A DNA stretch of 51,831 nucleotides, from contig JBBQWA010000001.1 of the NCBI GenBank assembly GCA_038211045.1, forward strand, positions 1-51,831. The letters are read 5' to 3'. Positions 1 to 10,192 of this stretch are shown here, in pieces (position 1 is the stretch's first letter; each line of letters starts with the position of its first letter). Source of the DNA: Gemmatales bacterium (GTDB taxonomy: Bacteria; Planctomycetota; Planctomycetia; Gemmatales; Gemmataceae). A program made the translations under genes and the position numbers. The notes under the pieces were generated by a model, which searched no databases, was not told the DNA's origin, and was given only the letters and a program-made list of their open reading frames with translations.

Positions 1-1846
1 AGGTGTTCCCCGTACCGACGTTGAGGGTGAATCCCGTAATGTTATTGGCGGTCAGGTTGCTTTCGTTATTGCCACCTGCCGTCGTGAAAACCGAGGAAAG
101 GTTTCGACTACCGATGAGGCCACCGAATGTCGGGCTGGATGCAACTGTGTTACCGGTGATGGTGGCTGCCGCCGTCCCCCCGTTGAAGGCAATGTTGCCA
201 CCTGCGGAACCGACATTGAGAGCACTGTTCTGGAGGGCCAGGTTGTCACCCAAAGCTAGCCTAGCACCGGTATTGATTACAGTCTCTCCGGTGAAGTCTT
301 TGGCACCTGCAAGCGTCACACGGATACCAGATGCTCCGGTTTGTCCGACAGTTAGGGTATTGGCACCAGTGACCGCGCCTCGAATCCCCAAGTTGCCGCT
401 GCTGCCAAGTGCACCGAATTTGTAGCCATTGCTGCCTGGTGTGATGGTGCCGCTGATTTCCGCCTTCGCTCCGTTGCCAGCCCAGTTGCCGAGGAAGGCG
501 TTGGGAAGGTCGGCTCCGGTGCTGCTACTGAAGTCGAAGTTGTTGGCAGTGGTAGCGGTCATCACACCGATTTCATTGGTCGTTTCAACCAAACGGTTGA
601 GGAAGGCATTATCGAGGGCGTTACGCCGGACGACAGCACCATCGGCCACCGTTATGTCACGGGATCCCACCCCGCCGCCGATACCGTTCAAGTTAATCAC
701 CCCGAAGTCCAACCTGCCTTCGCTGACAGTCGTGGTACCAGGGTAGGCGCTGGAACCGCTGGTAAGAAACAAAATACCGCCACCTTCCTTGACCAAGTTT
801 CCTGTGCCTGTGCTATTGGTGATGGCACCGGAGATGGTGGAGCGATTGAATCCAGTATTGAGGCCGGCTGGTACCAAAATGGTCCGTGTCCCGCCATTCA
901 GGTCGATGCCGCTGGAGAAGGTCGTTGCAGCTGCGTTTCCGGTGCCAGAGTCGCCCAGGAGGAATTTGCTTGGATTAAAGAATCCCGTGGCCGACCCCTC
1001 GCCTAACGCACCCCACACAACAGCGCCCAGATTGATCGTGGGCCCTGTCGTTCCTGAGCCGGCAAAGCCGCTCTCTCCGCCGAGGATTTGGACTTGGTTG
1101 TCGCCGGTACCCAAGGTTCGACTGTAGTTCGTGGCCCAAAAGAAGGAAATTACCCCGCCGTTGAGCGTCAGATTACCAGCACCGAGCGCACCCGCATCGT
1201 TGAACACCTGCATCACACCGCCATTCACGGTGACGGCCCCGGTGAAGCCCGAGTTGATACCGCCGATATTCAGCCTGCCCGAACCGTTTTTGACCAGAGC
1301 ACCCGAGCCGGAAAGAGTCACGGCCGCGTTGTTGATAATGCCAAAGTTGGTGGTGCCCGTACCATCCACGGTCAGTTGAAACCCGCCGTTGGTGATGAGG
1401 TTCGTCCCGTTGCTAGTGCTCAGCGCGGTGGCGGAGTTATTGGTCCAAGTCTGCGCCACACCGAGCGTGATCGGGCTGATGATGGATACAATACCCGAGC
1501 CGGAATTCTTCGTAATTCCGTTATTGAGTGTAATCTCTTGCCCGGCGGTGCCGAGCGTGTAGGTGCCCGTGAAGACGTTGAGCGTCAACGAGTTCACTGT
1601 CGTCGGGCTGGCGAGCGTGACAGCCCCGCCGGCGGTGTTCGGGCCACCGAAGATCGCGTCGGCACCGCTGCTCCAATCCACGTTCGTTGTGCCATCCCAC
1701 CATTGGTTCGTGTTCAACCACGCACCGCCACCGTTCGTGACACCGGCACCGGTGTTGTTGGCATCCCACGTGAGCGTCTGCGCATTCGCGCTGCTTGCGG
1801 CGGTCATCCCCGCGAGGAGGAGGAGTGTTCGAGCCATGATCTTCAT
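1..1846 (-). CDS. Secreted autotransporter-associated beta-strand-repeat (adhesin-like) protein, C-terminus cut by left window edge
   Basis: My own minus-strand translation from the ATG at 1846 gives MKIMARTLLLLAGMTAASSANAQTLTWDANNTGAGVTNGGGAWLNTNQWWDG... This is a signal peptide followed by reiterated G/T/N/A/L-rich beta-strand units (GAVTVNGGVMQV, GAGNLTLNGGVISF, GNLVKEGGGILFLTSGSSAYPGTTTVSEGRLDFG). The frame stays open to base 1, so it has no stop and is absent from the ORF track. The plus-strand ORFs listed here are low-complexity shadows. Confidence 0.8.
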   Translation of the reverse strand, partial: MKIMARTLLLLAGMTAASSANAQTLTWDANNTGAGVTNGGGAWLNTNQWWDGTTNVDWSSGADAIFGGPNTAGGAVTLASPTTVNSLTLNVFTGTYTLGTAGQEITLNNGITKNSGSGIVSIISPITLGVAQTWTNNSATALSTSNGTNLITNGGFQLTVDGTGTTNFGIINNAAVTLSGSGALVKNGSGRLNIGGINSGFTGAVTVNGGVMQVFNDAGALGAGNLTLNGGVISFFWATNYSRTLGTGDNQVQILGGESGFAGSGTTGPTINLGAVVWGALGEGSATGFFNPSKFLLGDSGTGNAAATTFSSGIDLNGGTRTILVPAGLNTGFNRSTISGAITNSTGTGNLVKEGGGILFLTSGSSAYPGTTTVSEGRLDFGVINLNGIGGGVGSRDITVADGAVVRRNALDNAFLNRLVETTNEIGVMTATTANNFDFSSSTGADLPNAFLGNWAGNGAKAEISGTITPGSNGYKFGALGSSGNLGIRGAVTGANTLTVGQTGASGIRVTLAGAKDFTGETVINTGARLALGDNLALQNSALNVGSAGGNIAFNGGTAAATITGNTVASSPTFGGLIGSRNLSSVFTTAGGNNESNLTANNITGFTLNVGTGNT

Positions 1847-1998
1847 AATCGTTCCTCTAAAGCAACAAACAGTGGAGTATTTACCAAGGTTTCGGAGAGT
1901 GCGTTGTGGGCAGTTTGTGTGCTTTAGGTGAAGTCTAACAGAGCGCGTTCACGATTCCGAGAAAATCGCTACCGTTTTTGCGCACGCCTGCAACCAAC

Positions 1999-2031
1999 AA
2001 AAAAACCGCCAACTCCCGGGGGAATTGACGG
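1999..2031 (-). terminator. Rho-independent terminator downstream of the DUF1552 gene
   Basis: The minus strand reads CCGTCAATT-CCCCCGGG-AGTTGGCGG, a 9-bp stem including two G.U pairs. It is followed directly by T7 (plus-strand A-run 1999-2005) and lies about 30 nt after the stop at 2063. Confidence 0.7.
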
Positions 2032-2062
2032 CTCGTATTTAGTCCTTTTGATCCGGCCAAAC

Positions 2063-3469
2063 TCAGCCCAAGAATTCCTTGATGGCCCCGGTTTGATCCC
2101 GCTTCATCGATTGCAAAGCCAAGTCGGGGTCGCCGTAGTGTTTGATCGGGTTGCCGTAGGCGTTCAGAACGGTGGTGTACCAGTTGCCGAGGGTCTTGTG
2201 GCCGACGTCGCCGTAGCCGGGCAGGCGGATGTAGCGCCCGGCGATATCGAGCTTGGCGTTCTTGCCCGAGAGCACGATGAACGGCCATTCGCTGCCGTTG
2301 CTGTGGTGGGTTTCGCCGTTATCGGGGAAGTAGAAGAGTGTGGTGTTATCGAACATGCTGCCGCCGGCTTCGGGCACGGCCTTGAGCCGTTTCACGATGG
2401 TATCGATGAGCTTCATGTGCTGGGTGCGAACCTTTTCGCGGACTTCGTCGGCGGTGACCGCGCCGACCGCTTTGCCGTGGCCGACGTCGTGCAGGTTCAC
2501 TTGCTCCTTTTCGATGCTCGGCAGTCCGGTGTAGATCGTACCGAGTTCATCGACGGTAAAGGTGACGACGTTCGTCATGCCCGAGATGAGCGTGGAAAGC
2601 AGAATCTCGGTGTGGCCCCATTGGCGATCGGTGGTGCTGATGTCCTCGGCGTAATACTTGGCGTCCAACTTCGGCAAGTGTTTGCGGATCACCGCGGCGA
2701 TGGCGTCCATCTTGCCGTTGCGGGTGCGGATCGCTTCGATCGATTCGCTGTAGTTGGCCAGCTTGGTCTTTTCGATTCCTTCCAACGGGGAAGCGAGGCC
2801 CGATTGGGTACCGGCGGTGAACTCCAGCACTTTGCGTTCGAGTTCGTACTTGGTTTGGTCGGCACTGTTCGCGGAAACCATCTTGAACAGTTCCCGCATC
2901 GCCACCTTGGGGGAACCGAAGGCGTAGTTCGGTTGCTGCGGCCCGCGGGCGGAGAAGCCTTTCTCGATGCCGTTGATGTTGCCGCGGGCGTTGCCGCCGC
3001 CGATGGGGAAGCAGGCCCATTCGATGTGTTCCAACGGCGAAGGGAAGAGCTAGGCCAATTCGAAATCGACGGTGGCCCACTTGATGGAACCGGGGCGTTC
3101 GTTGGCCTTGTACACGCCGAGAGACGATTGCCAGGTGTGGTGCCCGGTGGTGCACATCTTGCCGGAGAGGCCTTGGAGAATCGTCAGATTCTGCTTGTGT
3201 TCGTTCAGCGCGGCCATCCACTTCGGCAACTCGTGCTTATTCAAATCGACTTCAAAGGATTTCTTCCCCTTCTCCTTTTCCATGTCCGCCGCGCTGAGGG
3301 TCGTCGGTGGCAGCGCGTGGGGCAGCAGCCCGTTGCCTTTGTGCATGAAGATGAAGCGCATCGGGGGTTTCCCCAATTCGGTGGCACCGAACGCGCTCTG
3401 CAGCCACGGCGCGAAAGCCAAGCCGGTGGTGGAAGCGGACGCGGCCAAGAATTTTCTGCGGTTCAACAT
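2063..3469 (-). pseudogene. DUF1552-family protein with Tat-type signal, interrupted by one in-frame TAG (3050-3052)
   Basis: ORF-track entries 3050..3469 and 2063..3034 share one frame and are separated only by a TAG (plus-strand cta 3050-3052) and 5 sense codons. The N-terminus MLNRRKFLAASASTTGLAFAP looks like a twin-arginine signal. The C-terminal part (ETHHSNGSEWPFIVLSGK...LGNWYTTVLNAYG) fits DUF1552. The gene lies 13 nt downstream of its usual DUF1592-type partner. Confidence 0.75.
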
Positions 3470-3482
3470 CGGTTAGCCCCCG

Positions 3483-5981
3483 TTATTTGCGGTAGAGGAA
3501 GGAATCGGAAGTAAGAAGCGACACGATCACGGCTTTGAAGCTGCCGCCGGATTCGACGTACGCTTTGTCGGCATCGATCAGGGTTTGCGAATCCGAAAGC
3601 TTTTCGTTACGCCCCATGTAGAAGCGGAACGCGTGCCGGATGATCGATTGTCGAACGCGCTCGGATTTTGCCAAGCGATCAATCAGATCGAGGGCGTCGG
3701 TCACGTCCCCATCGAGTTTGGAATCGCCGGTGCCGCGGAGGTTGCCCCCGGCGTTCACGGGCAGGGTTTTGTAGGTGTCGGCATGGTTCTTATCCTTCGC
3801 GGAACCGACCAGATTTTCCGGGTATTCGAGGGCTTCCGCGGTGCGGAATCGGCCGAAGTCGTCGTACTTTTCGAAGGCCAACCCGAGCGGGTTCATGTGC
3901 TCGTGGCACTTCCAACATTCCTGCTTGGTGGTGGCCATTGCGAGGCGATCGCGCAGGGTTTTGTGCGGATCTTCGGGGATCTGAGCATCGACGGTGATGG
4001 GCACATCGGGCACACGGCCGGCGAGGAGTTTCTCGCGGACCCAGCGCCCCCGGCGAACCGGATCGGTCGCGGAGTTTTGGGAATGGGCGATCAGCCACGC
4101 CGGGTGGGTGAGGATGCCCTTGCGGTTATCCAAGTGGAACGGCTGCACCGGTTGGTAGTCGAGGCCGCCGACTTTCTTGTACGCGCTGTTGCGGCCCGGC
4201 GTCTCGGGCAGGCTGTAAATGGGCGAATACCAATAATGATTGCCGAACGCCCACGGGAACGTGGTGAACGGCGTGTTCCCGTTGCCGAAGGTTTGCTCGA
4301 AATGGTTCATCAATCGGGCGATGCTGTTACCGTGGTTCCCCTTGGTCTTGCCGTCCACGCCCTTGGGGTCGATGTACTGCTTCAACAGGGCCGCGTGATC
4401 CTTCGCCACTTGTTCGGGGTCTTTCCGCCAGTTGGTATCCTTCAGCGTTTCGTACACCTTGCGCCAGCCCTCAATGAGCTTCGCTCCCTTTTCGTTTTCC
4501 TGGTTGTGATAAACGTAGAATCGATCCGTGGTGAGCAGCCCGTTGAATACGTCGCGATCGCCTTCGACGATCCAAGCCACGAGCCGATCGGCTTCGTTGA
4601 TGATGTAGCCGGGCGTGCCCGCACTCCCGCGATCGGGGTTGCTGTAAATGCCGTCGCTGCGTTTGACGTCTTTGAACACCTTGAGTGCGCCGGCGTAGCC
4701 GAAGAACTCGCGGAAGAAGCGTATGATCTTCGGCTGCGCTACGACGTGCGACCTCGGGTTGCCGTTCAACGACGGATCGATGGGCCCCCGGAAATACTGT
4801 TGGTCGTTCAACAAACGGAGCACTTCGCGCTTGTAATCGTCTTTGGTGTTCAATCGCCCTTCGGCCGCGGCTTTGGCGAGTGCCGCATCGGGTCGGCGGT
4901 CGCCGAGGGCGTAGCTGATGGCGTAGCTCGCTTCTCGTGGCGTGAGCAGCTTTCGGCCGAATTCATCGGCGTTGCCGCGGCCGAACTCCAAGCGGTAAAG
5001 GAACTCCGATTCGAGCAGCACCGATACCAGCATCTGCCGGAGGCCTTCGGTGTTGCCGCCGAGATCCACGGCGGCGCGGGTGAGTTCGAGGTAGTTGGCT
5101 TGTTCCTTGATAGTGGGCTGGCGCTGCAACACGAATTCGAACTGCGCTCGAATCGCGTCGGTCAGTTCGGGGTCGGTCGGTTTGGAGGCATTCAGAACGA
5201 TCTTCTCGAACGCCGAAGGCGTCGTTTTGGGAATCCATTTGTCCTTGGGGTTCTCGAACACCCCGGCTTTGAGTTCCCCTTTCTTGATCCGCGCGGCCCA
5301 GAGTTGCTTGTTGGAAATCCACTCGGCGTTCGTGAGCATCACCAAGAGGTGGCCGCCATCGAGAACGCCGTTATCGTAATCGCGCACGCCCGATTTTTCG
5401 GGGAGCACGAACGGGTTGGTCACACCGTAGAAACCTTGTTGCGCAAGACCGGCGCGTTCCTTCGCATCGAGTTGGAAGATGTCCAATACGCGTTCGTTGA
5501 AAATCTGCGGGCTGACTAGCCAACGCCGTGCAGAGGTGAAGGCTTTATCTTTGACGGTACCGCCGAAGAGTTTGTCGTGATCGACCGAGTTGCCGTAATC
5601 GGGATAGCGGAGCTTATCTTCGAGATCGGAACCGCCCAAACGGATCACTTCGGCCCGCAACCATTCGGAGAGGAGTTTGCGTTCGGCCGTGCTCGGTTGC
5701 TTTTCCTCTTCCGGCGGCATGTCTTGAAAGTGCAATTGCTCGCGGATGTTGCCGAGCAGATCGAGCCGTGCACCGTTGCCGAGTTCGGCAATCGTATCGA
5801 ACCGTACGCTACCGTTTTGGCGCTTCTCGCCGTGGCAACCGGTACAGTAGGCGACGAGCACGGCCTTCACATCTTGGGGGATGGCTTTGCCGCCGGCCGG
5901 CACATTTTCGGCCCCCGGCGCGCGCGGTGATGCAATGAGCGGAATGAGAATGCAAAGAACGGTACGGATCGGGTACGACAT
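3483..5981 (-). CDS. DUF1592/DUF1588-type protein with planctomycete cytochrome-c-like CxxCH domain
   Basis: 832 aa with a signal peptide. It has CTGCHGEKRQNGSVRFD near the N-terminus and a second CWKCHEHMNPLG motif near the C-terminus. Size and pairing with DUF1552 are characteristic of this planctomycete family. Confidence 0.85.
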   Translation of the reverse strand: MSYPIRTVLCILIPLIASPRAPGAENVPAGGKAIPQDVKAVLVAYCTGCHGEKRQNGSVRFDTIAELGNGARLDLLGNIREQLHFQDMPPEEEKQPSTAERKLLSEWLRAEVIRLGGSDLEDKLRYPDYGNSVDHDKLFGGTVKDKAFTSARRWLVSPQIFNERVLDIFQLDAKERAGLAQQGFYGVTNPFVLPEKSGVRDYDNGVLDGGHLLVMLTNAEWISNKQLWAARIKKGELKAGVFENPKDKWIPKTTPSAFEKIVLNASKPTDPELTDAIRAQFEFVLQRQPTIKEQANYLELTRAAVDLGGNTEGLRQMLVSVLLESEFLYRLEFGRGNADEFGRKLLTPREASYAISYALGDRRPDAALAKAAAEGRLNTKDDYKREVLRLLNDQQYFRGPIDPSLNGNPRSHVVAQPKIIRFFREFFGYAGALKVFKDVKRSDGIYSNPDRGSAGTPGYIINEADRLVAWIVEGDRDVFNGLLTTDRFYVYHNQENEKGAKLIEGWRKVYETLKDTNWRKDPEQVAKDHAALLKQYIDPKGVDGKTKGNHGNSIARLMNHFEQTFGNGNTPFTTFPWAFGNHYWYSPIYSLPETPGRNSAYKKVGGLDYQPVQPFHLDNRKGILTHPAWLIAHSQNSATDPVRRGRWVREKLLAGRVPDVPITVDAQIPEDPHKTLRDRLAMATTKQECWKCHEHMNPLGLAFEKYDDFGRFRTAEALEYPENLVGSAKDKNHADTYKTLPVNAGGNLRGTGDSKLDGDVTDALDLIDRLAKSERVRQSIIRHAFRFYMGRNEKLSDSQTLIDADKAYVESGGSFKAVIVSLLTSDSFLYRK

Positions 5982-5994
5982 TGTGGCCTCGTTC

Positions 5995-7032
5995 TTATTT
6001 ACTCTTGAGCAATTCTACCATGGCTTGCCCCATGGCTTCACCCACATTCATGTACGTTTCGGCATTGCCACCGTAATGGCTGTTGCCGCTGCCGCCGAGG
6101 GACAATGGGTTGGCGTACACGGTCGCCACGTTGCCTTTGAACTCCGGATACTTGCCGCTTTTACCGTCCACGGCGAGTTGGGCATTGAGAATTTTCCCAC
6201 CGTTGCCTTCACTCCCCTTCACGGATTCCCCCAACGTGGCGAGCACGAACTTCGCGTCCGGAGATTTGAAGTCCGTGCGCAATTGTTTGATGAAGCGGAC
6301 GAGATTCTGTTCGTATCGGCCGGCGTGTGCGGGGTTGCCGCCATCCTTTTCGCCTTGCCAGAAGAAGAACCCCGCGACCTCGTATTTCGTCGCATCGGGG
6401 TAGTGCTTGCCGAGATCGGCGAGCACCTTCTTCGCATCCGCCGTGTCGTCGTCGTACTGCTTGCCGGCGTACCAAGCGATCGGCTTCGGTTCTGTGCCTT
6501 TCGCCCACGAATCGGGCGATTCTTTGTAACCGGCGTACACTTTGCCGTTTTCTTCAAACCGCTCGCTGCCCGGAGGCAAAAGATCCCATCCGAGGCTGCG
6601 GTTGCCAATGCAACTCTTGAGGATCATCACCGGGGCTTCCACGGCATTCCCCACTGCATGGCCGATGCCGAACTCCGGGCCGATAGTCTTGCAGGTTTTA
6701 ACGGTCATCCATTCGTTGTTGAGCGGGCCTTTGCCCGACATCATTCGCACGTAGCGAACATCCTTGCGTTCGGCCCACATCCCCGCATTGTCCACCAAGT
6801 AGGTGAACTTCTTCTTCTCTTTAACCGCATTCTCCAACGACACCTCGGAGCCGGTGATTTTCCCCAGCCCAACCATGTTGGACTGGCCCAACAAAATGTA
6901 GACTTGAACCGGCTTGGTCATGTCCGCCGGTTTGCCATCCGGCTTGGGCATATCCGCAGCAGTTGCAATACTCCCGAGAAGTGAGAAGGCGATAGCGCCC
7001 AGCTTGAACAGGTGTCGGGTACGAATAATCAT
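5995..7032 (-). CDS. Secreted SASA/DUF303 carbohydrate esterase (sialate O-acetylesterase-like)
   Basis: Start chosen at MIIRTRHLFKLGAIAFSLLGS (signal peptide). It carries the GQSNMVG motif and WQGEKD, which are typical of the family. It lies 13 nt upstream of the DUF1592 gene on the same strand. Confidence 0.8.
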   Translation of the reverse strand: MIIRTRHLFKLGAIAFSLLGSIATAADMPKPDGKPADMTKPVQVYILLGQSNMVGLGKITGSEVSLENAVKEKKKFTYLVDNAGMWAERKDVRYVRMMSGKGPLNNEWMTVKTCKTIGPEFGIGHAVGNAVEAPVMILKSCIGNRSLGWDLLPPGSERFEENGKVYAGYKESPDSWAKGTEPKPIAWYAGKQYDDDTADAKKVLADLGKHYPDATKYEVAGFFFWQGEKDGGNPAHAGRYEQNLVRFIKQLRTDFKSPDAKFVLATLGESVKGSEGNGGKILNAQLAVDGKSGKYPEFKGNVATVYANPLSLGGSGNSHYGGNAETYMNVGEAMGQAMVELLKSK

Positions 7033-7214
7033 TGGCGATCTCGAACTGTGGGAAAGGAGAAGCAGGCGGGAGGTAGTCAACGTTGGGTTGTGAATCCGCG
7101 ATTCGGGCGATGAGTTCGAAACATATTTCACCCCGTGTTAACTGCAACATCTTTAATATAACATCTCCCAGTAACGTTTCCGAGAAATTCGCTACCTATT
7201 TTTTGAACACAAAG

Positions 7215-8390
7215 ATGAATCAGAAACCGCGCCGCGTGGCGATCATGCTCGATCTCCAATGGCCGTATAAACGGCACGCCGACATTTTTGCCGGGACGCA
7301 GGAGTACGCCGAAAAGCACGGCTGGGATTCGATCATTGATGAATACGCCCACGATACAATTACGGCACCAGAGGGAATCGCCTTTCCCTACGATGGCATC
7401 ATCGCCCGGGCGAACGTGCACCTCGCGGTACGGGCGGCCAAACAGGGCGTGCCGGTCGTCAACGTCTGGCCGAGTTCGCCCGCCCGGCGACAGCTGCCGG
7501 GAGTATACCCCAATTCCACGGCGTCGGGCCGCCTCTTCGCCGAACACCTCGTGGCCCGGGGTTTCCGCAATTTCGCCACGCTCACTTCCACCAAGAATGT
7601 CGATCACGAACTCGAAGTGAAGGAGTTCACGCGGTTGGTGAGCCAAGCCGGATTCCCGTGCGATTCGCAACGGATCCCGCAAAACCCTTGGCAAGATCTC
7701 GCTCACTGGCGCAAGGCGCAAGGATTGATCGAACTCTGGATGGATCGTTTGAAGCCCCCGGTCGGCATGTACGTCGGCCTCGAGGGTTTGGGGCGAATGG
7801 TCGTACAGGCGTGCCACCGCCGCGGTTGGCGGGTTCCGGCGGACGTGGCCATCATCGCGGGCAAAAACGAAGAGACGCTATGCGAACACCCGCGGCCTTC
7901 GCTCACCAGCATCGAGATCGGCTACGATCGCATCGGCTACGAAGCCGCCAAGTTGCTGGACGCTCTCATGGATGGTCAACCGCCGCCGGAAAAACCGATC
8001 CACATCATGCCGAAGGGCTTGGTCGTCCGGGAATCGACCGACTTCTTCGCCGTCGAGAATGCGCTCGTGGCCTCCGCGTTGGCATACATCTCGGCGAACA
8101 GCCACCGCCATATCGGCCCCGACGATGTGGCGCGCGAAATCGGCTCCGAGACGCGGACGCTCCACAACTATTTCCGCAAGGTCTTGGATCGGCCGATCGC
8201 CACCGAAATCCGCCGCGTGCGCATCGAACGGGCCAAACGGGAACTGGCGCAAAGCAATCGGCCCCTCGCCGAGATCGCCAACGACGTCGGGTTCGGAACC
8301 ATCCAACGTCTGTACGAAGTATTTTCTCGCGAACTCGGCATCTCGCCGGGGGAATACCGCAAACAACGGCAATCGAAATCCGAAATGTGA
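7215..8390 (+). CDS. XylR-type transcriptional regulator (periplasmic-binding-protein-like sugar domain + AraC HTH)
   Basis: Start at MNQKPRRVAIMLD. The C-terminal sequence IGPDDVAREIGSETRTLHNYFRKVLDRPIATEIRRVRIERAKRELAQSNRPLAEIANDVGFGTIQRLYEVFSRELGISPGEYRK is a classical AraC/XylS double HTH. The gene is divergent from the esterase/DUF1592/DUF1552 operon. Confidence 0.85.
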   Translation: MNQKPRRVAIMLDLQWPYKRHADIFAGTQEYAEKHGWDSIIDEYAHDTITAPEGIAFPYDGIIARANVHLAVRAAKQGVPVVNVWPSSPARRQLPGVYPNSTASGRLFAEHLVARGFRNFATLTSTKNVDHELEVKEFTRLVSQAGFPCDSQRIPQNPWQDLAHWRKAQGLIELWMDRLKPPVGMYVGLEGLGRMVVQACHRRGWRVPADVAIIAGKNEETLCEHPRPSLTSIEIGYDRIGYEAAKLLDALMDGQPPPEKPIHIMPKGLVVRESTDFFAVENALVASALAYISANSHRHIGPDDVAREIGSETRTLHNYFRKVLDRPIATEIRRVRIERAKRELAQSNRPLAEIANDVGFGTIQRLYEVFSRELGISPGEYRKQRQSKSEM

Positions 8391-8535
8391 AGTGAAGCAC
8401 TTGCTTTTTGAGGCAAGAAGTGGCGATATGTCAGAGGCAGTTCTTGTCTTACCCTCTCTCCCCGTCCTGAAGCGGGACGACCCGCTCCCCGATGGGCAAG
8501 TGGATTCTGATTTGAATCAACTCATCCGACGGGCA

Positions 8536-9141
8536 CTAACCATCCACATCCGAGCGCAGGTGCAAACGGAGCTTGCGGATCGCTTTGTACTTTTCATCCG
8601 AGATGCGTTCCGGAGTCGTGCCGAGGTGGTCGGCGATTTCCGGCACCGGGTAACCTTCCGCACTCATTTCCACGATCCTCTGTTGGCGATCGCTGAGAAC
8701 CTCGGCGGCGGCCAATTTCACGCTCTCCCGGCGATCCCGCAGGTTCGCCTCGAAGCCGTTGCGGCGATCCGAAACTTCGTTCGTCAACTCCCCATGGCGT
8801 CGGTCGCGTTGCGTCCGCTTTTTCACCGCGTCGATGGCCCGGAGGAATTCCGATTTTTCCTCGCCTTCCGATTTCAACAATCCGTTCCACTTGTCCATTT
8901 GCACATTTTCTAACAGGCGGGTGAACACCTGTTGCGTGCAATCGCCCCAGCGATCCGCCGGCAGGCGGGCGTTTCGCCAGCAGGCTTGGCAGTAGCGGCT
9001 AATCTCATTGATGGCAACGCTTTGCGAAGTCGGGGCCGGGGTGGCACGCGCATCGCTCGGCCCGGCGGCGGTGCCCAGCACCATCGCGGCCATCATCCCG
9101 ACGACCCGTTTCCCATTCGCAATTGGCTTGCTCAAATCCAT
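8536..9141 (-). CDS. Sigma-70 family (ECF-like) sigma factor
   Basis: The region-4-like HTH is LSDRQQRIVEMSAEGYPVPEIADHLGTTPERISDEKYKAIRKLR. The region-2-like segment is WGDCTQQVFTRLLENV. The start at MDLSKP is uncertain. Confidence 0.65.
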   Translation of the reverse strand: MDLSKPIANGKRVVGMMAAMVLGTAAGPSDARATPAPTSQSVAINEISRYCQACWRNARLPADRWGDCTQQVFTRLLENVQMDKWNGLLKSEGEEKSEFLRAIDAVKKRTQRDRRHGELTNEVSDRRNGFEANLRDRRESVKLAAAEVLSDRQQRIVEMSAEGYPVPEIADHLGTTPERISDEKYKAIRKLRLHLRSDVDG

Positions 9142-9281
9142 CGTGAACCCCCTGTAACCACCCAATTATACACCGGACGCGTCGGCGGAGCAATATCGCC
9201 GACAAACGGGTTTGCATCCCCAGTATCGGCGCACTAGGTTCCCATACAGCAAGAATCCGGCCCTTTTGTGATGGACTGCGA

Positions 9282-10187
9282 ATGCCGGCAGACGACATCT
9301 CCATTTTAGCCAAAGGCTTGAAGAACCCGAATGGGTTACTTCGGGCCAAGGCCGCGCGCGGCTTGGCGAAGGCCGGGCCGGAGGCCAAATCGGCATTCGG
9401 TTCGCTCATCATCGCCGTCGACGACGAAGAGCAAGCGGTGCGGGAAGCCGCGGTTCAAGCGATTGGCGGGATCGGGGCCGATGCGGTTCCGACGCTGGTG
9501 GGATTATTATCGCACGGCGATAAGTACGTTCGCCGGAATGCCGTGTGGGGCTTGGGGAAACTCGGAGCCAACGCATTGCCCGCACTCCACACGCTTTGCA
9601 CCAGCTTGCTTGATAGCGATCCGCGAACCGCCTCCGGAGCGGCACAAGCCTTGGGAGCGATGGGGGCCGTCGGTGCCAAAGCGATCCCCGCCTTGGATAC
9701 CGCGATGCGGGGTGCCAACGTGGTGCTCTGCCGCTTGGCGGCGAAAGCGCTGAGCCAAATCGGGCCGCCCGCACTTCCCTCGCTATTGAAAGCGCTTCGC
9801 GATCCCGATCCGTTCGTCCGAGGCGAAGCCGCGATCTCACTCGGTTGGATGGGTGCGGAAGCGACTCCCGCCGTCTCCGCGCTGATGGCCACCATCGATT
9901 CGTTCCGGCCCAATCCGCCCACCCATCGGGCGAAGGTCACACACGCGAGTCTGCACGGCAACAGCGGAACCACCAGCAGCAAGACCGTAACGCCCCCGGC
10001 CCAGGTAGTTCCCGACGACAACGCCAGCGGCACCGATACCGCCCGCGTCTGTGCCATTCAAGCGTTGGGCCGCACCGGCCCGACCGCCGACTTGGCGGAA
10101 ACCTTGCTGGATGAAATCGCCCAAAACGAAGGGGAACCATTCAAAGGTGCGGCCATCCTTTCGCTCCGGCAAATCCGCGGGGAATAG
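9282..10187 (+). CDS. HEAT-repeat protein
   Basis: Reiterated units of about 31 aa, e.g. VREAAVQAIGGIGADAVPTLVGLL, VRRNAVWGLGKLGANALPAL and VRGEAAISLGWMGAEATPAV. Confidence 0.8.
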   Translation: MPADDISILAKGLKNPNGLLRAKAARGLAKAGPEAKSAFGSLIIAVDDEEQAVREAAVQAIGGIGADAVPTLVGLLSHGDKYVRRNAVWGLGKLGANALPALHTLCTSLLDSDPRTASGAAQALGAMGAVGAKAIPALDTAMRGANVVLCRLAAKALSQIGPPALPSLLKALRDPDPFVRGEAAISLGWMGAEATPAVSALMATIDSFRPNPPTHRAKVTHASLHGNSGTTSSKTVTPPAQVVPDDNASGTDTARVCAIQALGRTGPTADLAETLLDEIAQNEGEPFKGAAILSLRQIRGE

Positions 10188-10192
10188 GGCAA

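Noticed and set aside
1928-3514. A 528-aa plus-strand ORF, with similar long ORFs at 3585..5519, 5881..6984, 10844..11998, 24295..25782, 29001..30212, 44833..46113, 46061..47203 and 48813..50066
   Set aside because: They lie antisense to genes with clear family signatures and translate to R/G/A/V/H-rich low-complexity sequence. These are typical shadow ORFs of high-GC DNA.
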